DNA of 32,000 bases, from positions 1 through 32,000 of the forward strand of contig NC_000916.1 in the NCBI RefSeq assembly GCF_000008645.1, given 5' to 3'. The position numbers were made by a program, and so were the translations under genes. The DNA is from Methanothermobacter thermautotrophicus str. Delta H (GTDB lineage: Archaea; Methanobacteriota; Methanobacteria; Methanobacteriales; Methanothermobacteraceae). The notes below the pieces were generated by a model that did not search any database, had not been told where the DNA came from, and saw nothing but the letters and a program-made list of their open reading frames with translations. Position 1 is the stretch's first letter; every line of letters starts with the position of its first letter. This document shows, piece after piece, positions 1-9,798 of this stretch.

Positions 1-139
1 CCTCACCAGCGGAAAGTTTAAATATGGATACCATACAATTTTTAGTACCTATTGCAATCTGCGGTGGATCCGCTCACATTGTATGCTCTGATACGATGTG
101 GTCTGTGGTTTTACTTGCCCAGTCTGCATTGTGGAAATA

Positions 140-147
140 TTTATAAA
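140..147 (+). promoter_or_regulatory. Candidate archaeal TATA box (TTTATAAA) for the first gene; possibly a leaderless transcript
   Basis: TTTATAAA at 140-147 follows a purine-rich GGAAAT (BRE-like). The box centre is about 27 nt upstream of ATG 171, and no Shine-Dalgarno sequence precedes that ATG (ATATTAATAG-ATG). Confidence 0.4.
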
Positions 148-170
148 TAAATCCGGACAGATATTAATAG

Positions 171-977
171 ATGAATAGAGTAGATTTGTCCATATTTATC
201 CCGGATTCACTGACGGCTGAGACAGGGGATCTCAAAATAAAGACCTACAAGGTGGTTCTCATCGCACGGGCCGCTTCGATATTCGGGGTTAAGCGTATAG
301 TGATCTATCACGATGATGCAGATGGAGAGGCAAGGTTTATTAGGGATATCCTGACTTATATGGATACACCTCAATACCTTCGCAGGAAGGTTTTCCCGAT
401 AATGAGGGAGTTGAAACATGTGGGGATACTCCCACCTCTGAGAACTCCCCATCACCCAACCGGAAAACCCGTTACTGGTGAATACAGGCAGGGACTGACA
501 GTTAAAAGGGTAAAGAAAGGAACTCTTGTGGATATTGGCGCAGATAAACTTGCACTGTGCAGGGAAAAACTGACAGTAAATAGGATAATGAGTTTCAGGG
601 TTGTCAGGTTGGGTAAGGAAATACTGATAGAGCCCGATGAACCAGAAGATAGATACTGGGGATACGAGGTACTGGATACCCGGAGAAACCTCGCAGAGAG
701 CCTTAAAACAGTAGGTGCCGATGTTGTCGTGGCAACATCCAGGAATGCTTCGCCCATTACTTCTATTCTGGATGAAGTAAAAACGAGGATGAGGGGGGCC
801 CGCGAGGCGGCCATCCTCTTTGGCGGTCCTTACAAGGGATTACCAGAGATCGACGCGGATATATGGGTTAACACCCTTCCAGGTCAGTGTACTGAAACTG
901 TAAGGACTGAAGAGGCTGTTTTAGCTACTCTTTCAGTATTTAACATGCTAACTCAGATTGATGAAAAAGATGAATGA
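171..977 (+). CDS. Conserved archaeal SPOUT-superfamily (DUF171/COG2106) putative RNA methyltransferase
   Basis: 268-aa ORF, MNRVDLSIFIPDSL...; I recognise this family as the knotted SPOUT-fold protein that heads this cluster in Methanothermobacter. No competing ORF is present. Confidence 0.8.
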   Translation: MNRVDLSIFIPDSLTAETGDLKIKTYKVVLIARAASIFGVKRIVIYHDDADGEARFIRDILTYMDTPQYLRRKVFPIMRELKHVGILPPLRTPHHPTGKPVTGEYRQGLTVKRVKKGTLVDIGADKLALCREKLTVNRIMSFRVVRLGKEILIEPDEPEDRYWGYEVLDTRRNLAESLKTVGADVVVATSRNASPITSILDEVKTRMRGAREAAILFGGPYKGLPEIDADIWVNTLPGQCTETVRTEEAVLATLSVFNMLTQIDEKDE

Positions 978-996
978 TGTAAGGAGGTAAAGTTAA

Positions 997-2010
997 ATGG
1001 CTAGACATCATCAACCAAGAAAAGGATCAGTTGCATTCAGTCCAAGGAAAAGGGCGGCAAGGGAAACCCCGAGGGTCAAGTCCTGGCCCCAGGTGGATGA
1101 GCCCGGACTCCTCGCCCTCGCAGGTTACAAGGCAGGGATGACACATGTCATGATGGTTGATAACCAGAAAAATTCCCCCACAGAGGGGATGGAGGTCTCA
1201 ACTCCCGTCACAATCCTTGAGGTTCCACCCCTGACAGTGATGGCTGTGAGGACCTACGAAAAGACCAGCAGGGGTCTCAAGACCCTAGGTGAGGTCCTCG
1301 CAACAGAGACAAAGGATGACCTCAGGAGGAAACTCACCCCACCTGCAGATGACTACGACCAGGAAGCAGCCATTGAGAAGATAAGATCAAACATGGAGTA
1401 CGTTGCAGATGTGAGGGTCATAGTCCACACAAACCCACGACTTGCAAGTGTTCCCAAAAAGAAACCCGAGGTATTCGAGTGCGGACTGGGCGGCAAGACC
1501 CCCGAGGAGAAATTTGAATATGCACTTGAGATCCTTGGAAAGGATGTCAGGGCGTCAGAGATATTCTCTGAGGGCGCCTTTGTTGATGCGATAGCCGTGA
1601 CCAAGGGTAAGGGATTCCAGGGTCCTGTCAAGAGATGGGGTATAAGGATACAGTACGGTAAGGCTGCAAGGAGCAGTAAGGGAAGACACATAGGTTCACT
1701 GGGTCCATGGACACCATCAAGGACCATGTGGACCGTCCCACAGGCAGGTCAGATGGGCTACCACAGGAGGACCGAGTACAACAAACAGATACTCAAGATT
1801 GGTGACGCCAGCGAGGCTGACCTTGTAAACCCTGATGGTGGCTTTGTAAGATACGGGTTAGTCAGGAACGATTACGTCATGATTAAGGGGTCAGTTCCAG
1901 GCCCAACAAAGAGGCTAGTGGTTCTCAGGAAGGCCATAAGGGCTGCAGGTAAACAGGAAGAAGCACCCCAGATAAACTACATCAGCACAGCATCAAAACA
2001 AGGAGTATAA
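997..2010 (+). CDS. rpl3: 50S ribosomal protein L3 (uL3)
   Basis: 337 aa with typical uL3 motifs (FSPRKRA, KGKGFQGPVKRWG); AAGGAGG upstream. Confidence 0.97.
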   Translation: MARHHQPRKGSVAFSPRKRAARETPRVKSWPQVDEPGLLALAGYKAGMTHVMMVDNQKNSPTEGMEVSTPVTILEVPPLTVMAVRTYEKTSRGLKTLGEVLATETKDDLRRKLTPPADDYDQEAAIEKIRSNMEYVADVRVIVHTNPRLASVPKKKPEVFECGLGGKTPEEKFEYALEILGKDVRASEIFSEGAFVDAIAVTKGKGFQGPVKRWGIRIQYGKAARSSKGRHIGSLGPWTPSRTMWTVPQAGQMGYHRRTEYNKQILKIGDASEADLVNPDGGFVRYGLVRNDYVMIKGSVPGPTKRLVVLRKAIRAAGKQEEAPQINYISTASKQGV

Positions 2011-2022
2011 GAGTGGTTCAAA

Positions 2023-2787
2023 ATGAAGATTAAGGTTTATTCCCTAGAAGGTGAAGCCATAGATGAGATGGAACTTCCTGAAATTTTCAACGAAGAATTC
2101 AGACCCGACGTCATAAAGAGGGCTGTCCTGTCCGCACAGACAGCAAGGGTACAGCCATGGGGTCCAGATCCAATGGCAGGTAAGAGGACCTCTGCACAGT
2201 CCTATGGTGCCGGACGCGGCGTTGCAATGGTTCCACGTATAAAGAATGGTTCAAGGGCCGCCTTTGTTCCACAGGCAGTGGGCGGTAGAAGGGCTCACCC
2301 CCCAAGGCCCCAGAAGAACTACCATGAAAGGATAAACAGGAAGGAGAGGCGACTTGCAATAAGGTCCGCAGTTGCAGCGACAGCCAGGAAGGACCTTGTG
2401 GAGGCAAGGGGTCACAGGATAGAGAACGTACCCCAGCTGCCACTGGTGGTCGACGACGAACTCTCCATGATTAAAAGGACCGCCGATACAAGGGAAGTCT
2501 TCAGGAAACTTGGAATCATGGACGACATTGTAAGGGCAAGGGAAGGCAAAAAGATACGAGCAGGAAAGGGAAAGATGAGGGGTAGAAAGTACAGGACACC
2601 CAGGGGTCCCCTCATAGTCGTTGGAGACGATAAGGGGATAACAAGGGGTGCGAGGAACCACCCGGGCGTTGACGTGGTAAGGGTGGAAAACCTCAACGCA
2701 GAGCTACTGGCCCCTGGAACACATCCTGGAAGACTGACCGTCTTTACAAGATCAGCAATAGAAAAACTTGATGAACTATTCCAGTAA
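2023..2787 (+). CDS. rpl4: 50S ribosomal protein L4 (uL4)
   Basis: 254 aa with archaeal L4/L1e features ([19 protein letters not shown]). It follows L3, as in S10-type operons. Confidence 0.96.
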   Translation: MKIKVYSLEGEAIDEMELPEIFNEEFRPDVIKRAVLSAQTARVQPWGPDPMAGKRTSAQSYGAGRGVAMVPRIKNGSRAAFVPQAVGGRRAHPPRPQKNYHERINRKERRLAIRSAVAATARKDLVEARGHRIENVPQLPLVVDDELSMIKRTADTREVFRKLGIMDDIVRAREGKKIRAGKGKMRGRKYRTPRGPLIVVGDDKGITRGARNHPGVDVVRVENLNAELLAPGTHPGRLTVFTRSAIEKLDELFQ

Positions 2788-2809
2788 AGAAGGAGTGACG
2801 GTGTATATT

Positions 2810-3070
2810 ATGGATCCATATGCTGTTATTATGAAGCCACATGTCACAGAGAAGAGCATGAACCTTATAGATCAGAACAATGAACTGGCATTTGTGGTTA
2901 TGAGGAAAAGCACAAAGAAGGATGTGAGGAGGGCCTTTGAGGAGCTCTTCGCAGTTAAGGTTGAGAGGGTCAACACACAGGTAACTCCCAGGGGCCAGAA
3001 GATAGCCTACATAAAACTGGCCAAGGAACACAGTGCAGAGGACATAGCGGTTAAACTGGGAGTATTCTAA
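2810..3070 (+). CDS. rpl23: 50S ribosomal protein L23 (uL23)
   Basis: The conserved N-terminus MDPYAVIMKPHVTEKS starts at ATG 2810. The ORF-track start at 2768 overlaps the L4 3' end and adds non-conserved residues. Confidence 0.93.
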   Translation: MDPYAVIMKPHVTEKSMNLIDQNNELAFVVMRKSTKKDVRRAFEELFAVKVERVNTQVTPRGQKIAYIKLAKEHSAEDIAVKLGVF

Positions 3071-3092
3071 AAATAACCAGGAGGATATTCGG

Positions 3093-3818
3093 ATGGGAAA
3101 AAGGTTAATATCACAGAGGAGAGGAAGGGGAACTCCCACCTACAGAAGTGCATCTCACCGTTTCAAGGGCAAAATAAAATACCGCGCCTATGACTCCATT
3201 GAGAGTGAGGGCTCCCTCAAGGGGAAGGTAGTTGATATAATGCACGACCCTGGAAGGACAGCCCCCGTTGCCCGTGTTAAATTTGAAAACGGTGAGGAAC
3301 GCCTGATACTCGCACCTGAAGCTTTAATGCTCAACGAAGAAGTTGAATGCGGAGTGAAGGCAAGGGTTAAACCAGGAAACTCACTTCCACTTAGTGAGAT
3401 TCCAGAGGGGACACCCATATACAACATCGAAAACAGACCAGGGGACGGAGGAAAACTCGTAAGGTCCTCTGGAACATACGCTTCTCTAATCACCCATGAC
3501 GCTGACAAGGCAGTTATTGAACTCCCATCAGGTGAACTGAAGGCACTCAACCCCCAGTGCAGGGCCACCGTTGGCGTTGTTGCTGGAGGAGGTCGAAGGG
3601 AGAAACCATTCCTCAAGGCCGGTAAGAAGTACCATGCCCTCAGGGCAAAGGGTAAGAAGTCCGTCACAGTCAGGGGTGTTGCAATGAACGCAGTTGATCA
3701 CCCGCACGGTGGTGGAAACAGACAGCATCCTGGAAGGCCAACAACCGTCTCAAGGCATGCTCCTCCAGGACGAAAGGTTGGTTCAATAGCTGCCAGAAGA
3801 ACAGGGAAAAGGAGATAA
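3093..3818 (+). CDS. rpl2: 50S ribosomal protein L2 (uL2)
   Basis: 241 aa with GVAMNAVDHPHGGG, the hallmark uL2 motif; AGGAGG upstream. Confidence 0.97.
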   Translation: MGKRLISQRRGRGTPTYRSASHRFKGKIKYRAYDSIESEGSLKGKVVDIMHDPGRTAPVARVKFENGEERLILAPEALMLNEEVECGVKARVKPGNSLPLSEIPEGTPIYNIENRPGDGGKLVRSSGTYASLITHDADKAVIELPSGELKALNPQCRATVGVVAGGGRREKPFLKAGKKYHALRAKGKKSVTVRGVAMNAVDHPHGGGNRQHPGRPTTVSRHAPPGRKVGSIAARRTGKRR

Positions 3819-3834
3819 ATAAGGAGGTGACCTA

Positions 3835-4245
3835 TTGGCACGTAAAGAGTTTAGGTATCGCGGCTACACCTTGGAAGAACTGCAGGAGATGCCACTTGAC
3901 GATGTAATCAAGTTGTTCCCATCAAGGCAGAGAAGATCCCTCAAAAGGGGATTCCTACCAAGGCAGAAGAAGGTACTCGAAAAGATAAGGAAGATAAAGA
4001 AAGAGGGAAAGACTGAGGGAAGGCCACCGGTCATCAGGACACACTGCAGGGACATGATAGTGCTTCCTGAGATGGTTGGAATGACCTTCGGTATCCACAA
4101 TGGTAAGGAATTTGTGGAGGTCAAGATCCAGCCAGAAATGATCGGCTGCTACTTCGGTGAATTTGCACCCACAAGGAAGAAGGTTGAGCACGGAGATCCC
4201 GGTATGGGAGCTACAAGATTCTCAATGTTCGTGCCTCTTAAATAA
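3835..4245 (+). CDS. rps19: 30S ribosomal protein S19 (uS19)
   Basis: 136 aa with a TTG start at 3835 preceded by AAGGAGGTGA; contains FGIHNGKEF and GEFAPTR motifs. Confidence 0.95.
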   Translation: MARKEFRYRGYTLEELQEMPLDDVIKLFPSRQRRSLKRGFLPRQKKVLEKIRKIKKEGKTEGRPPVIRTHCRDMIVLPEMVGMTFGIHNGKEFVEVKIQPEMIGCYFGEFAPTRKKVEHGDPGMGATRFSMFVPLK

Positions 4246-4257
4246 GGAGACTAGACA

Positions 4258-4719
4258 ATGGCTAAGGTTAAATACGCTTATAAAGAGGAAGACAGGTCAG
4301 GAACAGCCAGGGCATCAGCGACTCACCTCAAGATATCACCAAAGCACGCAGTGGAGATCTGCAGGGAGATCAGGGGAATGGAACTCGAAAAGGCCAAGAA
4401 ATACCTTGAAGAGGTCATCAGGATGGAGAGGCCAGTCGCCTTCAAGAGATACAACAGGAAGGTCGGCCACAGGAGGGGTCTCAATGGCTGGGCCAGCGGT
4501 CGTTACCCTGTGAAGGCAGCAGGTCAGATACTTAAGGTCCTTGAGAACGCAGAGGCCAATGCAGAGTACAAGGGACTCGACACAGAGAAACTCAGGATAA
4601 TCCACATATCCAGTCACCGGGGGCCAGTTATAAGGGGCTGGATTCCAAGGGCCTTTGGAAGGGCCACACCATTCAACACACCAACAACACACGTTCAGAT
4701 AGTTCTGGGGGAGGCATAA
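4258..4719 (+). CDS. rpl22: 50S ribosomal protein L22 (uL22)
   Basis: 153 aa, archaeal L22/L17e-like ([24 protein letters not shown]). Confidence 0.95.
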
Positions 4720-4722
4720 ATT

Positions 4723-5499
4723 TTGATAGAAAAAGATTTTGTCGTTGAAGGTCTCAGAAGGACAAGGATAGACGAATACCTTGAAAAGGAACTTGAAAGG
4801 GCAGGATACGGTGGCATGGATGTCCAGGTCACACCAATGGGTACGATGGTTGTGGTCTACGCTGAGAGGCCGGGTATGGTCATCGGACGTGGCGGTAAGA
4901 CAGTGAGGGCCATAACACAGAAACTCAAAAACAAGTTCGACCTTGAGAACCCCCAGGTTGAGGTCAAGGAGGTTGATGTCCCTGAACTCAACCCCAAGAT
5001 AATGGCCCACAAGATAGCTGCAATGCTCCAGAGGGGTATGCACTTCAGGAGAGTCGCATACACCACAATGAGGAGGATCATGGCTGCAGGTGCCCAGGGT
5101 GTTGAGGTCACCATTTCAGGTAAGATAAGGGGTGCCCGTTCAGCCACAGCAAAGTTCACCGATGGTTATATAAAGAAATGCGGTGAACCATCAGTCAAGC
5201 ATGTAAGGGAAGGATTTGCCACTGTACAGCTCAAACCCGGTGTTCTTGGGGTATACGTACGTATAATGCCTCCTGATGTTGTTCTACCTGACAAAGTTGA
5301 AATAGAGGATCCAAGGGTCACTGAAACTCCTGCAGAGGAAGCCTCAGAGGCCTCAGAGGTTGTTGAAGATCTCGAGGAGGTTGAGGACCTGGAAGAGATC
5401 GAGGACCTTGAGGAGGTTGAGGATCTCGAGGAGGTTGAGGACCTGGAAGACACTGAGGCAGAGAAGAAGGACGCAGATGGTGAAGAATCTGAAAAATAA
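4723..5499 (+). CDS. rps3: 30S ribosomal protein S3 (uS3) with repeat-built acidic C-terminal tail
   Basis: 258 aa with a TTG start. It has a KH-domain core (GMVIGRGGKTVRAI) and a C-terminal EDLEEV x5 tail. Confidence 0.95.
   Translation: MIEKDFVVEGLRRTRIDEYLEKELERAGYGGMDVQVTPMGTMVVVYAERPGMVIGRGGKTVRAITQKLKNKFDLENPQVEVKEVDVPELNPKIMAHKIAAMLQRGMHFRRVAYTTMRRIMAAGAQGVEVTISGKIRGARSATAKFTDGYIKKCGEPSVKHVREGFATVQLKPGVLGVYVRIMPPDVVLPDKVEIEDPRVTETPAEEASEASEVVEDLEEVEDLEEIEDLEEVEDLEEVEDLEDTEAEKKDADGEESEK
5365..5454 (+). repeat. Five tandem 18-bp units (GAGGAYCTBGARGAGVTY) encoding (E-D-L-E-E-V/I)x5 inside the rps3 3' end
   Basis: Units lie at 5365-5382, 5383-5400, 5401-5418, 5419-5436 and 5437-5454. 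They are preceded by a 9-bp tandem GCCTCAGAG x2 at 5341-5358. Confidence 0.9.
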
Positions 5500-5545
5500 T
5501 ATATATGGACAGATTCATATCAGTGAATAATAGAAAGGGATTGAA

Positions 5546-5740
5546 ATGGCGATACTTAGGAGCGAAGAGATAAGGGAAATGGATGGGGAGGAACTCCAGA
5601 AGAAACTGGATGAACTCAAGGCAGAATACGCCCGATACATTTCCAAGAGCGCTGCTGCCGGGATCCATGAGAACCCCGGTAAGATGAGGGAAATCCGAAG
5701 AACAATAGCCCGTGTTCTCACCATCATGAATGAAAAATAG
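5546..5740 (+). CDS. rpl29: 50S ribosomal protein L29 (uL29)
   Basis: 64 aa, MAILRSEEIREM..ELQKKLDELKAE, a typical uL29 helix pair. It follows S3. Confidence 0.93.
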   Translation: MAILRSEEIREMDGEELQKKLDELKAEYARYISKSAAAGIHENPGKMREIRRTIARVLTIMNEK

Positions 5741-5752
5741 AAGGAGAAATAA

Positions 5753-6058
5753 ATGAAAATCTGCGATGTATGTGGTCTTCCGGAAGAACTTTGCGTCTGT
5801 GAGGAAATAGCACGCGAAGTTCAGACACTAAAGGTCTACACAGTGAGGCGAAGATTCGGTAAAGTGATGACCATCATTGAGGGCATCGATGAACACGATA
5901 TAGACATAAAGGAGCTCACTAAGATACTGAAGGCAAGATGTGCCTGTGGAGGCACAGCCAAGAAAGGCCAGATAGAACTTCAGGGGGATCATAAGAAGAA
6001 GGTCAAGGAAGTTCTGGCAGATATGGGCTTTTCATCAGATACGATTGAGATAAGGTAG
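5753..6058 (+). CDS. sui1: Translation initiation factor SUI1/aIF1
   Basis: 101 aa with an N-terminal CxxC..CxC zinc knuckle and a SUI1 core (KVMTIIEGI...[15 protein letters not shown]). Confidence 0.93.
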   Translation: MKICDVCGLPEELCVCEEIAREVQTLKVYTVRRRFGKVMTIIEGIDEHDIDIKELTKILKARCACGGTAKKGQIELQGDHKKKVKEVLADMGFSSDTIEIR

Positions 6059-6066
6059 GGGTTACC

Positions 6067-6348
6067 TTGATAACCCCCAGGAATATTTTCAGGCATGAGC
6101 TTATTGGCCTTTCTGTGAGAATAGCCAGGAGTGTTCACAGGGACATTCAGGGAATATCGGGAAGAGTCGTGGATGAAACCAGGAATACCCTTAGAATCGA
6201 AATGGATGACGGCCGGGAAATAACGGTTCCAAAGGGAATAGCCGTCTTCCATTTCAGAACACCGCAGGGTGAACTTGTTGAGATTGATGGTAGAGCTCTG
6301 GTGGCTCGTCCTGAGGAGAGAATAAAGAAGAAATTTAGAAAACCATAG
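6067..6348 (+). CDS. rnp1: RNase P protein component 1 (Rpp29/Pop4)
   Basis: 93 aa with a TTG start. Sm-like Rpp29 core ([11 protein letters not shown]...[17 protein letters not shown]). Its position between SUI1 and S17 is conserved in archaea. Confidence 0.9.
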
Positions 6349-6358
6349 TGGTGATAGA

Positions 6359-6679
6359 ATGGTCGGCATTGATGTTCCAGAACCTAAATCTAAATGTAGT
6401 GATCCTAACTGTCCTTTCCACGGTGACCTCCCCCTCAGGGGTCAGATACTGGAAGGAACCGTAGTCAGTGACAAGGCAGAAAGGACAGTGACTGTTGAAA
6501 GGAGTTTCTACAAATTTATACGCAAATATGAACGATACGAAAAGAGGAAATCCAAGATAAAGGCCCACAAACCTGACTGCATAGATGTCAGGGTAGGGGA
6601 CACAGTGAAAATTGCTGAATGCAGACCCCTCAGCAAGACCAAGAACTTCGTTGTTGTCGAGGTGAAGGGGGAAGAGTAA
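6359..6679 (+). CDS. rps17: 30S ribosomal protein S17 (uS17)
   Basis: 106 aa with CPFHG and [16 protein letters not shown] motifs. Confidence 0.95.
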
Positions 6680-6680
6680 A

Positions 6681-7079
6681 ATGAAGGCAATAGCATCCAA
6701 GGTTACCAGGGCATTACCTGTAGGGGCCAGACTCCAGTGCGTCGACAACACAGGTGCAAGGGAAGTCGAGATAATCTCAGTCAGGGGATACAAGGGTGTT
6801 CGAAGAAGACTTGCAGCAGCAGGTGTTGGCGACATGGTTGTTGTCTCCGTAAAGAAGGGAACAGTTGACATGAGGAGAGAGGTCCTCAACGCCGTTATTG
6901 TAAGGCAGAAAAAGGAATACAGAAGGCCCGATGGATTGAGGGTGAAATTCGAGGATAACGCTGCAGTTATAGTGAGTCCTGAGGGAGTCCTCAAGGGTTC
7001 AGAGATAAGGGGTCCTGTTGCAAAGGAAGCTGCTGACAGGTGGCCCAGTGTGGGAAGCGCAGCAAGCATAATAGTGTAA
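6681..7079 (+). CDS. rpl14: 50S ribosomal protein L14 (uL14)
   Basis: 132 aa with CVDNTGARE, the hallmark of uL14. Confidence 0.96.
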
Positions 7080-7089
7080 GGGTGATAGA

Positions 7090-7443
7090 ATGTCAAAACA
7101 GCCCAGAAAGCAGAGGAAGTACATTTATGAAGCACCATTACACGCTCGTCGAAAGATGATGAGCGCAAATCTCAGCAGGGAACTCAGGGAAGAGTATGGG
7201 AGAAGGTCCCTGCCCCTAAGGAAGGGAGACAAGGTTGAGATTCTCAGGGGTGACTTCAGGGGACATGAAGGTAAGGTTGAGAAGGTGGACCTCAAGAGGT
7301 ACAGGGTTTACGTTGAGGGGGCCACAATACAGAAAGTTGATGGGACAACAGTCTACTTCCCGCTACACCCATCAAACCTGAGAATAGTTGACCTCAACCT
7401 TGACGATGAGAAAAGAATTAAAATCTTAGAACGGAAGGGATAA
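7090..7443 (+). CDS. rpl24: 50S ribosomal protein L24 (uL24)
   Basis: 117 aa with a KOW motif ([20 protein letters not shown]). Confidence 0.95.
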   Translation: MSKQPRKQRKYIYEAPLHARRKMMSANLSRELREEYGRRSLPLRKGDKVEILRGDFRGHEGKVEKVDLKRYRVYVEGATIQKVDGTTVYFPLHPSNLRIVDLNLDDEKRIKILERKG

Positions 7444-7445
7444 AA

Positions 7446-8174
7446 ATGGCAATAATGGCATCAAGAAAACATCTTAAACGATTCAAATCACCGGTTCACT
7501 GGCCAATTCATCCCAAGGAATACAAATGGACAGTTAAACCATCTCCAGGTCCCCACGCTATTGAGAACTCACTGCCTCTCATGATCATTGTGAGGGACAT
7601 CCTGAAGGTTGCAGACAATGCAAGGGAAGCCAGGAAGATAATAAACAGTGGAGAGGTCCTGGTGGATGGAAGACCAAGGAAGAACTACAAGTTCCCGGTC
7701 GGATTCATGGACGTTGTCAGCATACCCAGGACAGGAGACGTCTACAGGGTGCTCCCTGATGAAAGGGGAAGGCTGGTTCTCCACCCCATAGATGAGGAAA
7801 ACGCAGGCTTCAAACTCTGCAAGATAGTGAACAAGACAACCATTAAGGGAGGCAGGACCCAGCTCAACCTCCATGACGGCCGTAACTACCTCTCAGATGA
7901 TGAATTCAGGGTGGGAGACGTTGTAAAGCTCTCAATACCCGAACAGGAAATCCTTGAGAGGATACCATTTGAGAAGGACAGCCTCGGCCTTGTGACAGGC
8001 GGACGGCACACCGGTGAAATAGGCAAGATCAAGAAGATAAACATAACAAGGTCTTCAATGCCAAACACAGCCGTCATCGAGACCGGTGCAGGCAAGACAT
8101 TCCTGACACTCAAGGACTACGTTTTCGTCATAGGAAAGGACGAGTCAGTGATCTCACTTCCAGGAGGGAAATAG
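7446..8174 (+). CDS. rps4e: 30S ribosomal protein S4e (eS4)
   Basis: 242 aa with an N-terminus [14 protein letters not shown] typical of eS4. It occupies the archaeal spc-operon position. Confidence 0.95.
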
Positions 8175-8681
8175 ATGAACCCGATGGAGGAAGTAAGGAT
8201 ATTCAAGGTCACCCTTAACATAGGTGTTGGTGAAGGCGGTGAAAAGCTTGCAAGGGCCGAGAGGCTTCTTGAGGAGATGAGCGGCCAGAAACCAGTGAGG
8301 ACACACTCAAAGGTCACCAACCCTGAATTCGGTATAAGGAAGAAACAGCCCATCGCATGCAAGGTCACCCTCCGCGGTGAAAGGGCCGAGAAGGTACTCA
8401 AAATGTTCCTTGAGGGAATAGGTAACAGGTTAAAGGCCAGCCAGTTTGATGAGTATGGTAACGTTTCGATGGGTATAGATGAACACATAGACATACCTGG
8501 AATGAAATACGACCCTGAGATAGGGATCTTTGGTATGAACCTTTCTGTCACCTTTGAGAAGCCAGGTCACAGGATAAACAGGCGAAGGATACAGCGCAGG
8601 AAGGTTCCTCAGAAGCACAGGGTCAGCCGCGAAGAGGCAATCGAATTCATGAAGGAAAAATTCCAGGTTAAAATAGTCTGA
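8175..8681 (+). CDS. rpl5: 50S ribosomal protein L5 (uL5)
   Basis: 168 aa with [14 protein letters not shown] and [10 protein letters not shown]-like motifs. Confidence 0.95.
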
Positions 8682-8692
8682 AGGTGATTGTA

Positions 8693-8836
8693 TTGCCAAG
8701 GAAATATGGAAAGGCATCAAGGAAATGCTCAAGATGCGGGGATCACTCTGCCCTTGTCAGGAGATACGGGTTAATGCTCTGCAGGCAGTGCTTCAGGGAA
8801 CTCGCACCTAAAATAGGGTTTAAAAAGTACAACTAA
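8693..8836 (+). CDS. rps14: 30S ribosomal protein S14 type Z (uS14, zinc-binding)
   Basis: Not in the ORF track (<60 aa). Manual translation gives (M)[46 protein letters not shown]-stop, with a CxxC...CxxC zinc motif. TTG 8693 lies 5 nt after AGGTGA; in-frame GTG 8684 is an alternative start. Confidence 0.9.
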   Translation: MPRKYGKASRKCSRCGDHSALVRRYGLMLCRQCFRELAPKIGFKKYN

Positions 8837-8850
8837 AAGAGGTGTTTACT

Positions 8851-9243
8851 GTGACTCTTATGGATCCTCTTGCAAACGCCCTGACCAACATAAGAAACAA
8901 TGAGATAAGGGGTAATGTCAAGTGCAGGATAACCCCCGCCTCAAAACTTATAGGGCGAGTGTTAAGGACAATGCAGAAGGAAGGCTATATCGGTGAATTC
9001 GAATACGTTGACGACGGCAGGGCCGGGAAATTCATAGTTGAACTTGAGGGAAACATAAACCACTGTGGAGTTATAAAACCCAGGCACGCAGTTAAGAAGG
9101 ACGAATTCGAGAAATTTGAGAAGAGATACTTGCCAGCTAAGAACTTCGGGATAATAATCGTATCAACCCCTGAGGGAATAATGACCCATAAAGAGGCCAA
9201 GGACAGGGGTATTGGTGGTAGACTGCTGGCATATGTCTACTAG
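8851..9243 (+). CDS. rps8: 30S ribosomal protein S8 (uS8)
   Basis: The conserved N-terminus (M)[15 protein letters not shown] starts at GTG 8851, 6 nt after GAGGTG. The ORF-track start at 8842 overlaps the SD. Confidence 0.93.
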   Translation: MTLMDPLANALTNIRNNEIRGNVKCRITPASKLIGRVLRTMQKEGYIGEFEYVDDGRAGKFIVELEGNINHCGVIKPRHAVKKDEFEKFEKRYLPAKNFGIIIVSTPEGIMTHKEAKDRGIGGRLLAYVY

Positions 9244-9251
9244 GTGATAAC

Positions 9252-9785
9252 ATGGTTCTAGCAGCTCTAATCCGGGAAGAGATACCCATCCCTGATGGTG
9301 TGGATGTCACCATCGATGGTGGCGTCACCGTTAAGGGCCCCAAGTGGGAACTTTCCCGAAAATTCAACCATTCAGAGATATCGATGGCTGTTGAAGATGA
9401 CAAGGTGGTTCTCGAGGTTAAATTCCCTAAAAAGAAGGATAAGGCCATGATAGGGACCGTCAGGGCCCACATAAGCAACATGATAACAGGTGTTACCGAG
9501 GGCTTCAGATACCGCATGAAGATAGTTTATGCTCACTTTCCAATGAGTGTGAAGGTGGCAGGGGATAAGGTTGTCATTGAGAACTTCCTCGGTGAACGCC
9601 ACCCCAGGACCGCAAGATTCGTTGGTGACACAAAGGTCCAGGTCAAGGGCGATGAGGTTGAGATAACAGGTATCAACAAGGAGCACGTGGGACAGACCAT
9701 GGCCAACATCGAACAGGCCACCAAAATCAAGGGAAGGGACCCAAGGGTTTTCCAGGACGGCATATACCTTGTGAGCAAGGAATAG
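9252..9785 (+). CDS. rpl6: 50S ribosomal protein L6 (uL6)
   Basis: 177 aa; two-domain uL6 pattern. Confidence 0.95.
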   Translation: MVLAALIREEIPIPDGVDVTIDGGVTVKGPKWELSRKFNHSEISMAVEDDKVVLEVKFPKKKDKAMIGTVRAHISNMITGVTEGFRYRMKIVYAHFPMSVKVAGDKVVIENFLGERHPRTARFVGDTKVQVKGDEVEITGINKEHVGQTMANIEQATKIKGRDPRVFQDGIYLVSKE

Positions 9786-9798
9786 GGACGGTGATTCG

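Noticed and set aside
1-170. Possible replication origin or mobile-element end in the non-coding leader at the window start (small inverted repeat GCGG-TGGAT-CCGC near 61-73).
   Set aside because: There is only a 4-bp stem, with no ORB-like repeated boxes, no long AT-rich unwinding element and no flanking cdc6 or integrase gene. The evidence is insufficient.
2768-2809. ORF-track N-terminal extensions: L23 from 2768, adenylate kinase from 14222, Cbf5 from 16437, RpoD from 18996, L13 from 20206 and RNase J from 27248.
   Set aside because: Most of these extensions (L23, adenylate kinase, RpoD, RNase J) overlap the 3' end of the upstream gene. They add non-conserved residues and ignore well-placed SD-plus-start combinations that begin exactly at the conserved N-termini.
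5365-5454. Tandem 18-bp repeats that could be mistaken for a mini-CRISPR or satellite.
   Set aside because: There are no spacers. The units are contiguous, in frame and inside rps3, with mostly synonymous variation. This is a coding repeat, not a CRISPR array or mobile-element scar.
5495-5545. ATATATAT stretch right after the S3 stop, as an internal promoter for L29-SUI1-Rpp29.
   Set aside because: The spacing is plausible (TSS near 5527, SD-like AAAGGGA before ATG 5546). However, it partly overlaps the stop codon, is short, and could simply be AT-rich spacer. It was not strong enough to list as a feature.
6335-7168. 277-aa minus-strand ORF. Similar long antisense ORFs occur at 4336-5043, 9372-9884, 10950-11462, 16596-17198, 18791-19330, 26547-27032 and 28614-29129.
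   Set aside because: Each lies entirely antisense to strongly conserved plus-strand genes (S17/L14/L24, L22/S3, L6, L18/S5, cbf5, S11/rpoD, fni, idsA). They have Ser/Leu/Pro/Thr-rich low-complexity composition and no SD or promoter context. They are the expected by-product of purine-rich (RNY-like) codon usage on the sense strand.
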